Of a stretch of 64,000 bases of DNA, positions 34,123-46,289 are shown piece after piece; positions within the stretch are counted from its first letter, which is position 1, and each line of letters begins with the position of its first letter. The notes under the pieces were generated by a model, which was not told where the DNA came from, searched no databases, and saw only the letters and a list, made by a program, of their open reading frames with translations. The DNA is from an uncultured SAR86 cluster bacterium (GTDB taxonomy: Bacteria; Pseudomonadota; Gammaproteobacteria; Magnimaribacterales; D2472), in the NCBI GenBank assembly GCA_902518715.1, contig CABYHU010000004.1, positions 7,284 to 71,283 on the forward strand, in the 5' to 3' direction. Made by a program: the position numbers and the translations under genes.

Positions 34123-34566
34123 ATGACTAAAGAAAATAATACACTTTCCCTAAACTCTCTTGCTAATGATGGCACTAAATCAAATAGAAAACGTGTAGGA
34201 AGAGGTATTGGTTCAGGTAATGGGAAAACAGCTGGAAGAGGCCACAAGGGTCAAAAATCTAGGTCTGGAGGATCTATACCTAGGTGGTTTGAAGGTGGAC
34301 AAATGCCACTCCAGCAAAGACTACCAAAATTTGGTTTTTCTTCTAGAGTGAACAATCTATCGACAGATATCAATTTAAGAATGCTTGATGGAATGGAGGA
34401 AGTAAGTTTAGAGATTCTCAAAGAGAAAAAACTTGTTAATAAAAAGATTAATAAAGTAAAAATCTATGGTGATCATAAGCTTTCAAAAGCATTAAATGTA
34501 AATGGGTTAAGTGTTACTAAGGGCGCACTTAAATCAATTGAGGAATCCGGAGGCAAGGTTAGCTAA
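34123..34566 (+). CDS. rplO: 50S ribosomal protein L15
   Basis: RVGRGIGSG.GKTAGRGHKGQ, FEGGQMP. Confidence 0.97.
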   Translation: MTKENNTLSLNSLANDGTKSNRKRVGRGIGSGNGKTAGRGHKGQKSRSGGSIPRWFEGGQMPLQQRLPKFGFSSRVNNLSTDINLRMLDGMEEVSLEILKEKKLVNKKINKVKIYGDHKLSKALNVNGLSVTKGALKSIEESGGKVS

Positions 34567-34568
34567 AA

Positions 34569-35864
34569 ATGGCAAATAGTAGTATGTCAGATTTATGGAA
34601 AAGGATTAGGTTTGTAATCCTGGCGATAGTTATATATCGAATTGGTACCCATATTCCAATTCCCGGTATTGATCCTCAAAGATTAGAAGACTTATTTACT
34701 CAAAATCAAGGAACCATTCTTGAGATGTTTAATTTGTTCTCCGGTGGAGCTTTAGAGAGAATGAGTGTTTTTGCCTTAAATGTAATACCTTATATTTCTT
34801 CTGCAATTATCATGCAGCTATTTTCTAACTCAATACCATATTTGCAGGAGCTTAAAAAGGATGGCCAGGCAGGAAGAAACGCCATAACTCAATTTACTAG
34901 ATATGGAACAGTTTTACTTGCTCTTATTCAAGCATCTGCACTTGCATTCACTCTAAATGCATCTGGTCTTAAATACTTAGATATACCTTTCGTATCTTTC
35001 TACATATCTACTGTAGCTTCTGTAGTCGCTGGAACAATATTCCTAATGTGGTTAGGAGAACAAGTTTCGGAAAGAGGAATTGGAAATGGTATATCCATAA
35101 TTATTGCTATAAGTATTTTGTCAGGAATGCCCGGAGCTATTGGTCAAGCTCTTGAGCAATCAAGACAGGGCGATCTAAACATATTACTTCTTATCGGTAT
35201 TGGTGTATTAGCTATGGCAGTTATTGCGGCAGTAGTGTTTATAGAAAGAGGCCAAAGAAGGATTACTGTTAACTATGCACAAAGACAACAAGGCAGAAAG
35301 ATGATGCAAGCACAAGCAAGCCACTTACCTTTTAAGGTAAATATGGCTGGTGTTATACCAGCTATATTTGCAAGTACTTTCTTGTTGTTCCCTCAATCAT
35401 TAACTCAATGGTTTGGCCAAGGTGACCCATCTGGATTTTTACAATCACTTACCCTTGCGCTTAATCCTGGTCAGCCGTTATATGTATTAGTCTTTTCAGC
35501 CCTAATTATATCGTTCTGCTTTATTTGGCTTGCACTTACATTTAATACTCGAGAAGTGGCAGATAATCTGAAAAGATCAGGAGCTTACATACCAGGCATA
35601 AGACCTGGTGAGCAAACCTCAAACTATATTGATAGTGTATTAGCTCGATTAACAGTTTTTGGAAGTATCTATCTGACACTAATATGTTTAATGCCACTTG
35701 CTTTAATTAATTTTGCTGGAGTTTCTTTTTATCTAGGTGGAACTTCAATCTTAATTATTGTAGTAGTTTTAATGGATTTTATGTCTCAAGTTCAATCTCA
35801 TATGATGTCTAGTCAATATGCATCTGTTATGAAGAAAGCAAATTTAAAGAATTATAGAAGGTAA
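34569..35864 (+). CDS. secY: Preprotein translocase subunit SecY
   Basis: [26 protein letters not shown]. Confidence 0.99.
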   Translation: MANSSMSDLWKRIRFVILAIVIYRIGTHIPIPGIDPQRLEDLFTQNQGTILEMFNLFSGGALERMSVFALNVIPYISSAIIMQLFSNSIPYLQELKKDGQAGRNAITQFTRYGTVLLALIQASALAFTLNASGLKYLDIPFVSFYISTVASVVAGTIFLMWLGEQVSERGIGNGISIIIAISILSGMPGAIGQALEQSRQGDLNILLLIGIGVLAMAVIAAVVFIERGQRRITVNYAQRQQGRKMMQAQASHLPFKVNMAGVIPAIFASTFLLFPQSLTQWFGQGDPSGFLQSLTLALNPGQPLYVLVFSALIISFCFIWLALTFNTREVADNLKRSGAYIPGIRPGEQTSNYIDSVLARLTVFGSIYLTLICLMPLALINFAGVSFYLGGTSILIIVVVLMDFMSQVQSHMMSSQYASVMKKANLKNYRR

Positions 35865-35866
35865 CT

Positions 35867-35983
35867 ATGAAAGTAAGAGCATCAGTTAAGAAAATTTGTA
35901 GAGACTGCAAAATAGTCAGAAGGAAAGGTGTTTTATTTGTAATTTGTAAAACTGACCCAAAACATAAGCAAAAACAAGGTTAA
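35867..35983 (+). CDS. rpmJ: 50S ribosomal protein L36 (Zn-ribbon type; not in ORF track)
   Basis: Hand translation [38 protein letters not shown]. Confidence 0.97.
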   Translation: MKVRASVKKICRDCKIVRRKGVLFVICKTDPKHKQKQG

Positions 35984-35988
35984 ATATT

Positions 35989-36345
35989 ATGGCAAGAATA
36001 GCAGGTGTAAATATTCCAGAAAATAAGCACATAGAGATTTCTCTTACTCATATTTTCGGCATTGGTAGAAAGAGGGCGCAAGATATCTGCAATGCCTTAG
36101 GCCTTGAATATTCTAAAAAGGTTTCTGATCTTTCTGAAGATGAGCTAGAAAAAGTAAGAGGCGAGGTTGCAAAATATACATTAGAGGGAGACTTAAGAAG
36201 AGAAGTCAGCGTAAATATTAAAAGACTAATGGACTTAGGAACCAACAGAGGAATTAGACATAGAAGAAAGCTTCCAACTAGAGGCCAAAGAACTAAGACT
36301 AATGCAAGAACAAGAAAAGGCCCTAAAAAGCCTATGAGAGGATAA
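35989..36345 (+). CDS. rpsM: 30S ribosomal protein S13
   Basis: [21 protein letters not shown]. Confidence 0.98.
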   Translation: MARIAGVNIPENKHIEISLTHIFGIGRKRAQDICNALGLEYSKKVSDLSEDELEKVRGEVAKYTLEGDLRREVSVNIKRLMDLGTNRGIRHRRKLPTRGQRTKTNARTRKGPKKPMRG

Positions 36346-36348
36346 AGA

Positions 36349-36726
36349 ATGGCTAAAAGTAAAAAGACAAAAAGGGTAATAAGTGAAGGAGTGGCTCATA
36401 TTCACTCTTCATTTAACAACACTATCATTACTATTACTGACAAGCAGGGCAATGCTGTATGTTGGGCTACTTCTGGTGGCTCTGGTTTTAGAGGCTCAAG
36501 AAAGAGCACGCCTTTTGCAGCTCAGATTGCTGCCGAAAAAGTTGGAACTGTTGCTAAAGAAGATTTCGGTATGACAAGTTTAGATGTAAAAGTTAAAGGT
36601 CCTGGAGCTGGAAGAGAGTCTGCAGTTAGATCATTAAATGCATGTGGTCTTAAGATAAAGAGCATAACTGACGTTACACCTCTTCCTCATAATGGATGCA
36701 GGCCACCAAAAAAGAGAAGAGTTTAG
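36349..36726 (+). CDS. rpsK: 30S ribosomal protein S11
   Basis: [26 protein letters not shown]. Confidence 0.98.
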   Translation: MAKSKKTKRVISEGVAHIHSSFNNTIITITDKQGNAVCWATSGGSGFRGSRKSTPFAAQIAAEKVGTVAKEDFGMTSLDVKVKGPGAGRESAVRSLNACGLKIKSITDVTPLPHNGCRPPKKRRV

Positions 36727-36735
36727 GAGAGAATA

Positions 36736-37356
36736 ATGGCTAGATATAGAGGACCATCATTAAGACTTTCGAGAAGAGAAGGCACAGATCTTTATTTGAA
36801 GAGCGGTGTTAGAGCTGTTGAATCTAAATGTAATATGGAAACTGCACCAGGAGTTCATGGGCTCAGAAGAGGTAGGTTGTCAGATTATGGATTACAGCTT
36901 AGAGAAAAACAAAAAGTAAGAAGGATGTATGGAGTTTTAGAGAAACAGTTTAGAAATTATTATAAGAAAGCTGCAAAGTCTAAAGGTAATACAGGTGAAA
37001 ACCTCTTATCTTACTTAGAACAAAGATTAGATAATGTTGTTTATAGAATGGGATTTGGATGTACACGTGCAGAGTCAAGACAACTTGTTTCTCATAAAGC
37101 AATACTCGTTAATGGCAGTACAGTAAATATACCTTCGTACCAAGTTCAGCCTGAAGATGTGATTGAAGTTAGAGAAAATAAGAAGGGCCAATTAAGAATC
37201 CAATCAGCTTTGGATCTAGCAGCACAAAGAGAAGAGTGCAATTGGCTTGAAGTAGATGCAAAGAATTTTAGGGGCGTATTTAAATCAGTACCAGATAGAA
37301 CTGATCTAAGTACAGAAATAAATGAAAATCTTATAGTTGAGCTTTATTCAAAATAA
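36736..37356 (+). CDS. rpsD: 30S ribosomal protein S4
   Basis: [22 protein letters not shown]. Confidence 0.98.
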   Translation: MARYRGPSLRLSRREGTDLYLKSGVRAVESKCNMETAPGVHGLRRGRLSDYGLQLREKQKVRRMYGVLEKQFRNYYKKAAKSKGNTGENLLSYLEQRLDNVVYRMGFGCTRAESRQLVSHKAILVNGSTVNIPSYQVQPEDVIEVRENKKGQLRIQSALDLAAQREECNWLEVDAKNFRGVFKSVPDRTDLSTEINENLIVELYSK

Positions 37357-37373
37357 GAGGGTTAGAGGTAATT

Positions 37374-38339
37374 ATGCAAATATCAGTAATAGATTTATTA
37401 GTACCAACCGAGATACAAGTCGAAAATGTTTCAGATACTGTATCGAAGGTAACGCTAGAGCCGCTTGAGAGAGGTTTTGGTCATACGCTAGGTAATGCCT
37501 TAAGAAGAATTCTTCTTTCATCAATGCCTGGTGCTGCTGTAACAGATGTTGTGATCGATGGTATTTCTCATGAGTATTCAACAATTGAGGGTGTTAGAGA
37601 GGACGTAATAGATATTCTATTGAATCTTAAAGATATGCCAGTGAAACTGATTGAAGGAAATGAAGCAGAACTTAAACTATCTGTTGATGGGCCATGCGAA
37701 GTAACATCTTCTTCATTTGAGGCTCCTGGAAATGTTGAGTTAACAGATGCCGATCACCATGTTGTTTCACTTGTAGATAAAATTAAATTAAATATGTCAG
37801 TTTTTGTAAGAACTGGAAGAGGTTATGAGCCTGCAGATATTAGAGATGATGAAAATAATACTGTAGGAGGTTTAAAAGTAGATGCTTCATTTAGTCCAGT
37901 TAAAAGAGTTTCTTATTCTGTAGAGAATGCAAGATTTGAGAAAAGAACAGACTTAGACAAATTAATACTTGAGTTAGAAACTGATGGGACTATCGATGCA
38001 AAAATGGCTATAGAGCATTCTGCAACTATAATGCAGCAACAACTTGCAGCCTTTGTTGATTTAGAAGCAATTGCAGAACAAGAAGCTAAAAAAGAGCAAA
38101 ATGACTTTGACCCACTACTCCTTAGGTCTATAGAAGAACTTGAGCTAACTGTAAGGTCAACTAATTGTCTAAAAGCAGAAAGTATTTTCTTAATTGGTGA
38201 TTTAATTCAAAGGTCTGAATTTGATCTTCTAAAAACACCAAATCTTGGTAAAAAGTCTCTTAATGAGATTAAAGATGTCCTAGCTTCAAAAGGACTTTCT
38301 TTAGGTATGGTGTTAGATAACTGGCCACCGATGGGTTAA
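37374..38339 (+). CDS. rpoA: RNA polymerase alpha subunit
   Basis: [27 protein letters not shown]. Confidence 0.99.
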   Translation: MQISVIDLLVPTEIQVENVSDTVSKVTLEPLERGFGHTLGNALRRILLSSMPGAAVTDVVIDGISHEYSTIEGVREDVIDILLNLKDMPVKLIEGNEAELKLSVDGPCEVTSSSFEAPGNVELTDADHHVVSLVDKIKLNMSVFVRTGRGYEPADIRDDENNTVGGLKVDASFSPVKRVSYSVENARFEKRTDLDKLILELETDGTIDAKMAIEHSATIMQQQLAAFVDLEAIAEQEAKKEQNDFDPLLLRSIEELELTVRSTNCLKAESIFLIGDLIQRSEFDLLKTPNLGKKSLNEIKDVLASKGLSLGMVLDNWPPMG

Positions 38340-38342
38340 AAA

Positions 38343-38753
38343 ATGAGACATCAGAAATCAGGCAGAAAATTAAATAGAAACTCAGCACATAGAAAAGCTT
38401 TGTTTAAGAACTTATCTCTTGCTCTTATAGAACATGAGATCATAAAAACAACTGTTCCAAAAGCGAAAGAGCTAAAAAAATATCTTGAGCCTCTGATTAC
38501 GGTTTCTAAAAATGACTCAGTAGCGAACAGAAGAAGAGTTTTTGATAAGCTAAGATGTAAAAAATCAGTTGGAAAACTATTTGAAGAGATTGGTCCAAAA
38601 TCGTCTTCAAGACCCGGAGGCTATCTAAGGATAATTAAAGCTGGCTTCAGGCCTGGTGATAAGGCTGACATGGCTTTTGTTGAATGGGTGGATAGATCGA
38701 GTGAAGATGCAGAAACTGATGTACCTGAACTAAAAGAATCTGAAGCTGGCTAG
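38343..38753 (+). CDS. rplQ: 50S ribosomal protein L17
   Basis: [18 protein letters not shown]. Confidence 0.98.
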   Translation: MRHQKSGRKLNRNSAHRKALFKNLSLALIEHEIIKTTVPKAKELKKYLEPLITVSKNDSVANRRRVFDKLRCKKSVGKLFEEIGPKSSSRPGGYLRIIKAGFRPGDKADMAFVEWVDRSSEDAETDVPELKESEAG

Positions 38754-41572
38754 CTAATCATTTCTTTAAGATATTTTCCTGTAAATGACTTTTTATCTTT
38801 AGCTACCTTTTCTGGTGAGCCATTTGCAATAAGTTGTCCACCTTGACTTCCACCCTCTGGCCCTAAGTCGATAATCCAGTCAGCTGTTTTGATGACGTCT
38901 AAATTATGTTCTATAACAATAATTGTATTACCCTGTTCTTTTAGTCTGTGAAGAACCTTAAGTAGCAACTCAATGTCATGAAAGTGGAGACCAGTTGTTG
39001 GCTCATCCAAAATAAATAAAGTTTTACCTGTACTTCTTTTAGACAACTCTTTTGCTAATTTGATTCTTTGAGCCTCTCCACCTGATAGAGTTGTAGCTGA
39101 CTGACCAAGTGTAATATACCCAAGACCAACATCATACAAAGTTTGAAGCTTCTTTTTAATTGCAGGAATTTGATCAAAGAAAGATAATGCATCTTCAACT
39201 GTCATATTTAATACGTCACTTATATTTTTATCTTTATATTTCACTTCAAGCGTTTGATCGTTGTATCTCGAACCATTGCAAACATCACACGTCACATAAA
39301 CATCTGCAAGGAAATGCATTTCAACTTTTATAAGACCATCGCCTTGACAAGCCTCGCATCTGCCACCTTTAACATTAAAACTGAATCTGCCTGGCTTATA
39401 TCCTCTTGCTCTAGCTTCAATAGTTTGAGCAAATAGGTCTCGTATATTTGAGAATAAACCAATATAGGTTGCAGGATTAGATCTAGGAGTTCTTCCAATT
39501 GGTGATTGATCTATATCAATTACTTTATCTAAATTTTCAAGCCCCTTTATTTCTTTACATTTAACCTCTTTTTTTAGATTCGCTCTATTTAGCATAAATG
39601 AAGACATTGGAAGTAAAGTTTGATTGATTAGAGATGATTTTCCAGATCCCGATACTCCAGTTACAGCAGTAAATAAACCAACAGGTATTTCTATATCAAT
39701 ATTATTTAAGTTGTTAGCAAATGCAGATTTTATTTCGATAAACTTACCATTTGGTTTTGCTCTTTTTTTTGGGACTTTTATCTCTCTTTTTTTTGATAGA
39801 AATTTTGCAGTTATTGAGTTTTTATCTTTTAAGATTTTTTCAAAATCACCTTCAGCACATACTTTACCTCCATGCACACCTGCACCTGGTCCCATATCAA
39901 TAATGTAATCTGCTTCGCGCATAGCATCCTCATCATGCTCAACAACAATTACAGTATTACCAAGATCTCTTAAGTTTTTAAGAGTCTCAATAAGCTTACC
40001 ATTATCTCTTTGATGAAGGCCTATGCTGGGCTCATCAAGGATATATGTTACCCCAACAAGTCCAGATCCAATCTGACTAGCAAGCCTAATTCTTTGAGCC
40101 TCACCCCCTGAAAGAGACTCAGCACTCCTATCCAATGCAAGATATCCAAGACCAACATTTTCAAGGAAGGAAAGTCTATCATTTATTTCTTTTAGAATTT
40201 TTTCAGCAATCTTTTTCTTATTACCTTGAAGTTTCAGTTTTGAAATAAATTCTAGACTTTCATTTATTCTCATTTCGGTTATAAGGTTTATTGGTGTATT
40301 TTTTATAAAAACATTTCTTGATTCTTTTTTAAGTCTAGAGCCATTGCATGCATCACATTTTTTATCAGAAAGTAGCTTTGAAAGTTCATTTCTCATATAT
40401 TCAGAATCTGTATCTCTAAATCTTCTTTGCGTGTTTGTAATTACTCCCTCAAACTTATGCTTTCTCACTAATCTGCTTCCGCTCCTCCATCTTTTAGAAA
40501 AATCTATAACATCTTCACTTCCCCAAAGGATAATTTTCTTTATTTCCTCGTCTAAATTCTTCCATTTTTCTGAAAGCGAAAAATTATAATGATTAGCTAG
40601 ACATTTAAGTTGATAAAAGTAAAATCTATTTCTTCTTGTCCAGCCTTTAATTGCTCCATTATTTATTGATACATCTTCATCTGGAATAAGTTTTGAAGGA
40701 TCAATAAATTGAATTACTCCAAGACCATCGCATTTATCACAAGCGCCAAACGGACTATTGAAAGAAAACATTCTTGGCTCAAGCTCAGGAATAGAATAAC
40801 CACACTCTGGACATGAAAAATTTGTTGAAAATAGAATAGATTCATTCTTACCATCCATGAAGTCAATCTCAATTATTCCATCCGAAAAGTTTGAAGCTGT
40901 CTCAACTGACTCTGCTACACGTTGCCTAAATTCCTCATTATTTTTTACTACAAGCCTGTCTACAACTGCTGAAATATTATGTTTTTTATTTTTCTCTAAT
41001 TCAGGAAATTCATCTAAAGAATAAATCTTTTCGTTAACTTTAGCCCTTACAAAACCTTCTTGTCGAAGGTCTTCATAAACAGCAAGATGTTCTCCTTTTT
41101 TACCCCTAACTATTGGAGCAATAATCATTATTTTTTGGCCTTTCTCAAAACTACATATTTGATCTGTAATCTCAGAAATAGATTTAGCTTTAAGCTCAAT
41201 ATCGTGATCTGGGCATTTAGGAGTACCAACTCGAGAATAAAGAAGTCTTAAGTAGTCATAAATCTCAGTAACAGTTCCTACAGTTGATCTAGGATTATGA
41301 GACGCAGATTTTTGTTCAATAGAAATAGCTGGGGAAAGCCCTTCAATTTGATCAACATCAGGTTTTTCCATCATAGATAAAAACTGTCTGGCATATGCTG
41401 AAAGTGATTCAACATATCTTCTCTGACCTTCTGCATACAAGGTATCAAATGCTAAAGACGACTTTCCTGAGCCAGACAATCCAGTAATTACAACAAGTTT
41501 GTTTCTAGGAATATCAACATCGATATTTTTTAAATTATGGGTACGAGCACCTTTAATTGATATGCTTTTCAT
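38750..41572 (-). CDS. uvrA: Excinuclease ABC subunit A
   Basis: Two Walker A ([16 protein letters not shown]), LSGGEAQRI x2, Zn fingers. Confidence 0.99.
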   Translation of the reverse strand: MKSISIKGARTHNLKNIDVDIPRNKLVVITGLSGSGKSSLAFDTLYAEGQRRYVESLSAYARQFLSMMEKPDVDQIEGLSPAISIEQKSASHNPRSTVGTVTEIYDYLRLLYSRVGTPKCPDHDIELKAKSISEITDQICSFEKGQKIMIIAPIVRGKKGEHLAVYEDLRQEGFVRAKVNEKIYSLDEFPELEKNKKHNISAVVDRLVVKNNEEFRQRVAESVETASNFSDGIIEIDFMDGKNESILFSTNFSCPECGYSIPELEPRMFSFNSPFGACDKCDGLGVIQFIDPSKLIPDEDVSINNGAIKGWTRRNRFYFYQLKCLANHYNFSLSEKWKNLDEEIKKIILWGSEDVIDFSKRWRSGSRLVRKHKFEGVITNTQRRFRDTDSEYMRNELSKLLSDKKCDACNGSRLKKESRNVFIKNTPINLITEMRINESLEFISKLKLQGNKKKIAEKILKEINDRLSFLENVGLGYLALDRSAESLSGGEAQRIRLASQIGSGLVGVTYILDEPSIGLHQRDNGKLIETLKNLRDLGNTVIVVEHDEDAMREADYIIDMGPGAGVHGGKVCAEGDFEKILKDKNSITAKFLSKKREIKVPKKRAKPNGKFIEIKSAFANNLNNIDIEIPVGLFTAVTGVSGSGKSSLINQTLLPMSSFMLNRANLKKEVKCKEIKGLENLDKVIDIDQSPIGRTPRSNPATYIGLFSNIRDLFAQTIEARARGYKPGRFSFNVKGGRCEACQGDGLIKVEMHFLADVYVTCDVCNGSRYNDQTLEVKYKDKNISDVLNMTVEDALSFFDQIPAIKKKLQTLYDVGLGYITLGQSATTLSGGEAQRIKLAKELSKRSTGKTLFILDEPTTGLHFHDIELLLKVLHRLKEQGNTIIVIEHNLDVIKTADWIIDLGPEGGSQGGQLIANGSPEKVAKDKKSFTGKYLKEMIS

Positions 41573-41629
41573 TTAAAATGTATGTAATAAGAAATATGGG
41601 TTAAACTTTTAATATTATAAGAGGTAAAT

Positions 41630-42070
41630 ATGAGTAGAGGTGTAAATAAAGTAATTTTAGTAGGTAATTTAGGTCAAAAACCTGATATGAAGTATACCCA
41701 AAGCAATACCGCAGTAGCCAACTTAAGTTTGGCAACCTCGGAATCATGGAAAGATAAAGACAGCGGCGATTTAAAAACAAAGACTGAGTGGCATAGGGTT
41801 GTATATTTTGGAAAACTTGCTGAGATTGCAGAACAATATCTTGATAAAGGATCTAAAGTTTATGTTGAAGGCAAATTGCAAACAAGAAAATGGCAAGATC
41901 AGTCAGGAAATGATAGATATACAACTGAGGTTCTGGGACAAGAGCTTACGATGCTTGATTCAAGAGGTGATTCTTCAGGATCCTCGTTTGAAAATAATAA
42001 CTCAGGTATGAGCGAAGAGGATGTAAATCAAGATAATGGCGAATTCTCAGAAGAAGATATCCCTTTCTAG
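41630..42070 (+). CDS. ssb: Single-stranded DNA-binding protein
   Basis: [18 protein letters not shown]-terminal EDIPF. Confidence 0.98.
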   Translation: MSRGVNKVILVGNLGQKPDMKYTQSNTAVANLSLATSESWKDKDSGDLKTKTEWHRVVYFGKLAEIAEQYLDKGSKVYVEGKLQTRKWQDQSGNDRYTTEVLGQELTMLDSRGDSSGSSFENNNSGMSEEDVNQDNGEFSEEDIPF

Positions 42071-42073
42071 ACT

Positions 42074-42931
42074 TTGAACTACAAGCACATCAAATTTGAA
42101 ACTCAAGAATCAGTTGCCTTGATAAAGCTGAATCGACCAGAGAAACTCAATGCATTTACTTTAACCATGATGGAAGAGCTTTGTGATGCTTTTGATGTCA
42201 TAGATAATGACGACAAAATAAGAGCAACACTTATTACTGGTTCCGGAAGGGCATTCTGTGCAGGTGCTGATCTCTCAGGAGGAGAAAACACCTTTGTTAA
42301 AGAATTTGATACATCAGAAGAATATCCTCAAGATTACAATAAAGATGCTGGTGGGATTTTGACACTTAGAATGTATAAGTCACTTAAACCAATCATAACG
42401 GCCTGTAATGGTCCCGCTGTAGGTGTTGGAGCAACTCTTCAACTGGCAGCAGATATTAGAATTGCTTCAACAAGTGCAAGGTTCGGATTTGTTTTTTTAA
42501 ATAGAGGAATTGTGAATGATGCCAGTAGCTCATGGTTCCTTCCAAAAATAGTAGGCATATCAAAAGCCTTAGAGCTTTGCTTCTCTGGAAAGATTATTGA
42601 TGCTAACGAAGCCAAAGAGATTGGGCTTATTTCATATATTTTCGAAGACGATGAAATGCTTGAGAAATCTCTAGATTATTGTAAAGATCTTGCCAAGAAA
42701 TCTGCTCCTGTTTCAGTTGCAATGGCGCGGAGATTATTTTGGACTTCGCTTGGAGATAATGGACCTGAAAGATCTCATGATTTGGAAAGTATTTTCATAA
42801 GCTCAAGAGGAAAGTCTGGAGATGCTAGGGAAGGTGTGACCTCATTTTTGGAAAAACGAACTGCTGACTTCCCAAATTCAGTGTCAGAGGATTTGCCAAA
42901 AGATTTTCTAGAAAAAATTGAAAAAAAGTAA
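42074..42931 (+). CDS. Enoyl-CoA hydratase/isomerase (crotonase) family protein
   Basis: LNRPEKLNA, GRAFCAGADL, NGPAVGVG, EGVTSFLEKR. Confidence 0.92.
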   Translation: MNYKHIKFETQESVALIKLNRPEKLNAFTLTMMEELCDAFDVIDNDDKIRATLITGSGRAFCAGADLSGGENTFVKEFDTSEEYPQDYNKDAGGILTLRMYKSLKPIITACNGPAVGVGATLQLAADIRIASTSARFGFVFLNRGIVNDASSSWFLPKIVGISKALELCFSGKIIDANEAKEIGLISYIFEDDEMLEKSLDYCKDLAKKSAPVSVAMARRLFWTSLGDNGPERSHDLESIFISSRGKSGDAREGVTSFLEKRTADFPNSVSEDLPKDFLEKIEKK

Positions 42932-42938
42932 CAGCTTT

Positions 42939-44147
42939 TTAATCCTTGCTAAAAATTAAACAAGCATTTGTACCACCGAATCCAAATGAATTACTCATAA
43001 ATGAATTAATGTTTTCATTGTTTTCTTTAGTTACTAAATTAATATCACCAATTTCTTCTACGGCATCTTCAACATTTATTGAAGGTGAAATAAAGCCTTC
43101 ATTCATCATTATCATTGAATAAATAACTTCCTGAGCTCCAGTTGCACCTAGTGAATGACCTGTAAGGGATTTCGTTGAACTTAAGAAGGGATTTTGAGAA
43201 TTGAATACCTCTTTAATTGCATTTATTTCAGCAATATCTCCCACCGGAGTACTTGTTCCATGCGCATTAATGTAGTCTACTTGTTGTCCATATTGAGAGA
43301 GAGCTTCACTCATGCATCTAGCTGCTCCTTCTCCAGAGGGAGCAACCATATCGTAACCATCTGAATTTGCACAAAAGCCTTTGAGAGTTCCATAAATGTT
43401 TGCACCTCTTTTTAATGCATTTTCTTTTTCTTCAAGTATTACCATCCCAGAACCACCTGCTATGACAAAACCATCTCTATTTTGATCAAATGGTCTTGAT
43501 GCTAGCGAAGGTTGCTCATTAAATTTTGAACTCAATGCACCCATTGCATCAAATAGAGATGATGATGACCAATGCTCATCCTCGCCACCACCAGCAATCA
43601 CAATATCCTGTAAACCGTTTTGAATAAGGTTTGCTCCGTGACCAATACAGTGCGCGCTTGTCGAACAAGCCGAAGTAATCGAATAGTTAACGCCTTTAAT
43701 TTTTAATGCTGTTGATAAAACAGCAGAAACAGTGCTTCCCATTGCTTTAGGAACAGCATAGGGCCCAACTCGTTTTGGTCCTTTAGATCTAGTGATGTCT
43801 GCAGCCTCTATCTGAACCGAAGAAGAAGCTCCTCCAGAACCTGCAACAAGGCCAACACGCGGAGAGGATATATCATCTTCATTTAGTCCAGCATCCTTGA
43901 GAGCATCTTTAGCAGCGAGATATGCATATGCAGATGCATTGCCCATAAATCTTAAAACTTTTCTATCAATTAATTGCTTCAAATCTATATCAATAGGTCC
44001 ACATACATGACTCCTAAAACCCATATCAACATATTCTTGATTTAATTTGATACCAGATTTACCTGCCTTAAGATTTTTTGAAACAGTATCTAAATTATTC
44101 CCAATACAGGATATTAATCCCATTCCTGTAACAACTACTTCACGCAT
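42939..44147 (-). CDS. fabB: 3-oxoacyl-ACP synthase I
   Basis: [27 protein letters not shown]; start set to ATG 44147. Confidence 0.96.
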   Translation of the reverse strand: MREVVVTGMGLISCIGNNLDTVSKNLKAGKSGIKLNQEYVDMGFRSHVCGPIDIDLKQLIDRKVLRFMGNASAYAYLAAKDALKDAGLNEDDISSPRVGLVAGSGGASSSVQIEAADITRSKGPKRVGPYAVPKAMGSTVSAVLSTALKIKGVNYSITSACSTSAHCIGHGANLIQNGLQDIVIAGGGEDEHWSSSSLFDAMGALSSKFNEQPSLASRPFDQNRDGFVIAGGSGMVILEEKENALKRGANIYGTLKGFCANSDGYDMVAPSGEGAARCMSEALSQYGQQVDYINAHGTSTPVGDIAEINAIKEVFNSQNPFLSSTKSLTGHSLGATGAQEVIYSMIMMNEGFISPSINVEDAVEEIGDINLVTKENNENINSFMSNSFGFGGTNACLIFSKD

Positions 44148-44148
44148 C

Positions 44149-44676
44149 TTAAAACTTGCTTGGATCAGCAAAAAGTCCAACCTTAAGGTTATCTGCTGAA
44201 TAAACATGTTTATCGTCCACAAACATATCAGCATCAGAAAAACCAACTACAGTTCCTCGGTTTATAACTCTTTTTATATCAAGAACATAGTTAACTTTTT
44301 TTGCCGTTGGTAGTACCTGGCCAAAGAATTTAACTTTTTCAGCTCCTAAAGCTCTTCCAATTCCAGGTAATTCATTCCAGCACAGAAAGAAACCTAGCAA
44401 TTGCCACATTGCATCAAGCCCCAGGCATCCTGGCATAACAGGATCTTCTTTAAAATGGCAATCAAAGAACCAGAGATCAGGATTTACATCGAGCTCTGCA
44501 TAAACCTCACCTTTTGAATATTTACCACCAGTATTATTTATCTTAGTGATGCGATCAAACATAAGCATTGGATCAACTGGAAGCCTACCATTGCCTTCAC
44601 CAAATAGTTGACCAAATCCGCAATCAACAAGATCTTCTTTTGAATAGGATTCTTTGGGTTTAAATGCTTTATTCAT
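44149..44676 (-). CDS. fabA: 3-hydroxyacyl-ACP dehydratase/isomerase
   Basis: [23 protein letters not shown]. Confidence 0.97.
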   Translation of the reverse strand: MNKAFKPKESYSKEDLVDCGFGQLFGEGNGRLPVDPMLMFDRITKINNTGGKYSKGEVYAELDVNPDLWFFDCHFKEDPVMPGCLGLDAMWQLLGFFLCWNELPGIGRALGAEKVKFFGQVLPTAKKVNYVLDIKRVINRGTVVGFSDADMFVDDKHVYSADNLKVGLFADPSKF

Positions 44677-45625
44677 ATCTATTTTTTAAGCTTTCAGACA
44701 AGTTTAACATCTCATCACGAATTTCTTTATTAGATATCTGATTGATGCATTTACTAATTTCATTACTATAGTTTTGGATTAAAGAATTACATTTATTAAA
44801 AGCATTCGAAGAAGAAACAAAGTCTGCAACTTCTTCTATACTAAAGTCTTTATTCTTAAGTTTTTTTAAGATCTTTGAACTATCTTTTTTGCTTGAATTT
44901 TTAAGCGCGAAATAGAGCGGATAAGTTATTTTATACTCAAGGATATCTTGCATTTCCGGTTTTCCAATATTTCCCTTACTTACTCCATAATCAAGCAAAT
45001 CATCTCTAACTTGAAATGCAATTCCAATAAGTCTTGCAGCTTTTGAAATATTCTCAATAAATGGGATTGATTTACCAGAAAGCATTGCAGCACTTTTTGC
45101 AGAGGCTTCAAACAACCTCCCAGTTTTATAATAACTAATTTTTTTTAGCTGCTGGAGCGAGGTATTTAAATTATTTTTATTTGCAAGCTGCATTAATTCA
45201 CCCTCAGCAATTTTATTAGTAGCAGAGCTTAGTTCATCAATTACTTTGAAATTTCCTATTTCATTCATAAGCATAAAAGCTTTGGAGTAAATAAAATCAC
45301 CAATTAGCACGCCATGCGAGTTTGACCAAGCAACATTTACAGTTGTTTTGCCTCTACGAAGGTCAGAATTATCAATAATATCGTCGTGAACAAGTGTTGC
45401 AGTATGGAGAAGTTCAATGATAGCTGCGAGCTTTACTCTATTTTGCTGATTTTTATTCATTCCATAAGAGCTAATTAGACTGATAGATGCTCGCACCTTC
45501 TTTCCAGATTTATCAAAAATGTAATCATAAAGATCCTTAACCACAGGCTCCTTGCTTAAATTCTTCCTCATCAAGCTTTCAACTTTTTTGAGATCTTTTT
45601 TTAGATTATTACTTAAATTAGGCAT
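44669..45625 (-). CDS. ispB: Polyprenyl (octaprenyl) diphosphate synthase
   Basis: [27 protein letters not shown]; divergent from rplU. Confidence 0.88.
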   Translation of the reverse strand: MPNLSNNLKKDLKKVESLMRKNLSKEPVVKDLYDYIFDKSGKKVRASISLISSYGMNKNQQNRVKLAAIIELLHTATLVHDDIIDNSDLRRGKTTVNVAWSNSHGVLIGDFIYSKAFMLMNEIGNFKVIDELSSATNKIAEGELMQLANKNNLNTSLQQLKKISYYKTGRLFEASAKSAAMLSGKSIPFIENISKAARLIGIAFQVRDDLLDYGVSKGNIGKPEMQDILEYKITYPLYFALKNSSKKDSSKILKKLKNKDFSIEEVADFVSSSNAFNKCNSLIQNYSNEISKCINQISNKEIRDEMLNLSESLKNRYE

Positions 45626-45659
45626 GTTTATGGTTTGGATTAAAAATTATACCTAACTA

Positions 45660-45688
45660 TTGATAAATTCCGCATATCAGCGTATATT
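45660..45688 (+). promoter_or_regulatory. Putative sigma70 promoter of rplU-rpmA-obgE
   Basis: TTGATA-17bp-TATATT. Confidence 0.55.
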
Positions 45689-45710
45689 TTGCCAACTTTC
45701 GGATTTAATA

Positions 45711-46028
45711 ATGTACGCAGTAATTGAAACAGGTGGGAAACAGCACAAAGTAGAGGAGGGTCAAACTCTTCTAATTGATCTTATATCCGATGATAAAAAA
45801 AAGATTACTTTTGATAATGTACTTCTATATTCTGATGATGAGACTGTCGAAATTGGGCAACCATACCTTTCAAATGTAAAGGTTACTGCAAAGATTATTG
45901 ACGAAGTTAAAGGAGCTAAATTATCAATTCTTAGATTTAGAAGAAGAAAGCATAGTATGCGCAAACAAGGGCATAGAGCTAAATATACTAAAATAGAGAT
46001 TGATAAAATTAAACTTGAGAGCAAATAA
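45711..46028 (+). CDS. rplU: 50S ribosomal protein L21
   Basis: [21 protein letters not shown]. Confidence 0.97.
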   Translation: MYAVIETGGKQHKVEEGQTLLIDLISDDKKKITFDNVLLYSDDETVEIGQPYLSNVKVTAKIIDEVKGAKLSILRFRRRKHSMRKQGHRAKYTKIEIDKIKLESK

Positions 46029-46285
46029 TGGCACATAAGAAAGCTGGTGGTTCCAGTAAGAACGGCAGAGATTCCCAATCCAAAAGACTTGGAGTTAAAA
46101 GGTTTGGTGGTCAGCTTGTGAAGGCTGGTGAAATAATTATCAGACAAAGAGGAACAAACACTCATCCAGGTGTAAATGTTGGAATGGGCAAGGATCATAC
46201 ATTATTTGCAAAAGAATCAGGCGTTGTTCAATTTACTTATAAAGGTCCAAGAAAGAGGAAAACTGTAAATATAGTTCCTCAGTAA
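46028..46285 (+). CDS. rpmA: 50S ribosomal protein L27
   Basis: [16 protein letters not shown]. Confidence 0.98.
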   Translation: MAHKKAGGSSKNGRDSQSKRLGVKRFGGQLVKAGEIIIRQRGTNTHPGVNVGMGKDHTLFAKESGVVQFTYKGPRKRKTVNIVPQ

Positions 46286-46289
46286 ATTC

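Noticed and set aside
31827-35983. Zn-free S14 as a zinc-starvation paralogue
   Set aside because: The long S14 is the normal gammaproteobacterial form and L36 here is the ordinary Zn-ribbon type
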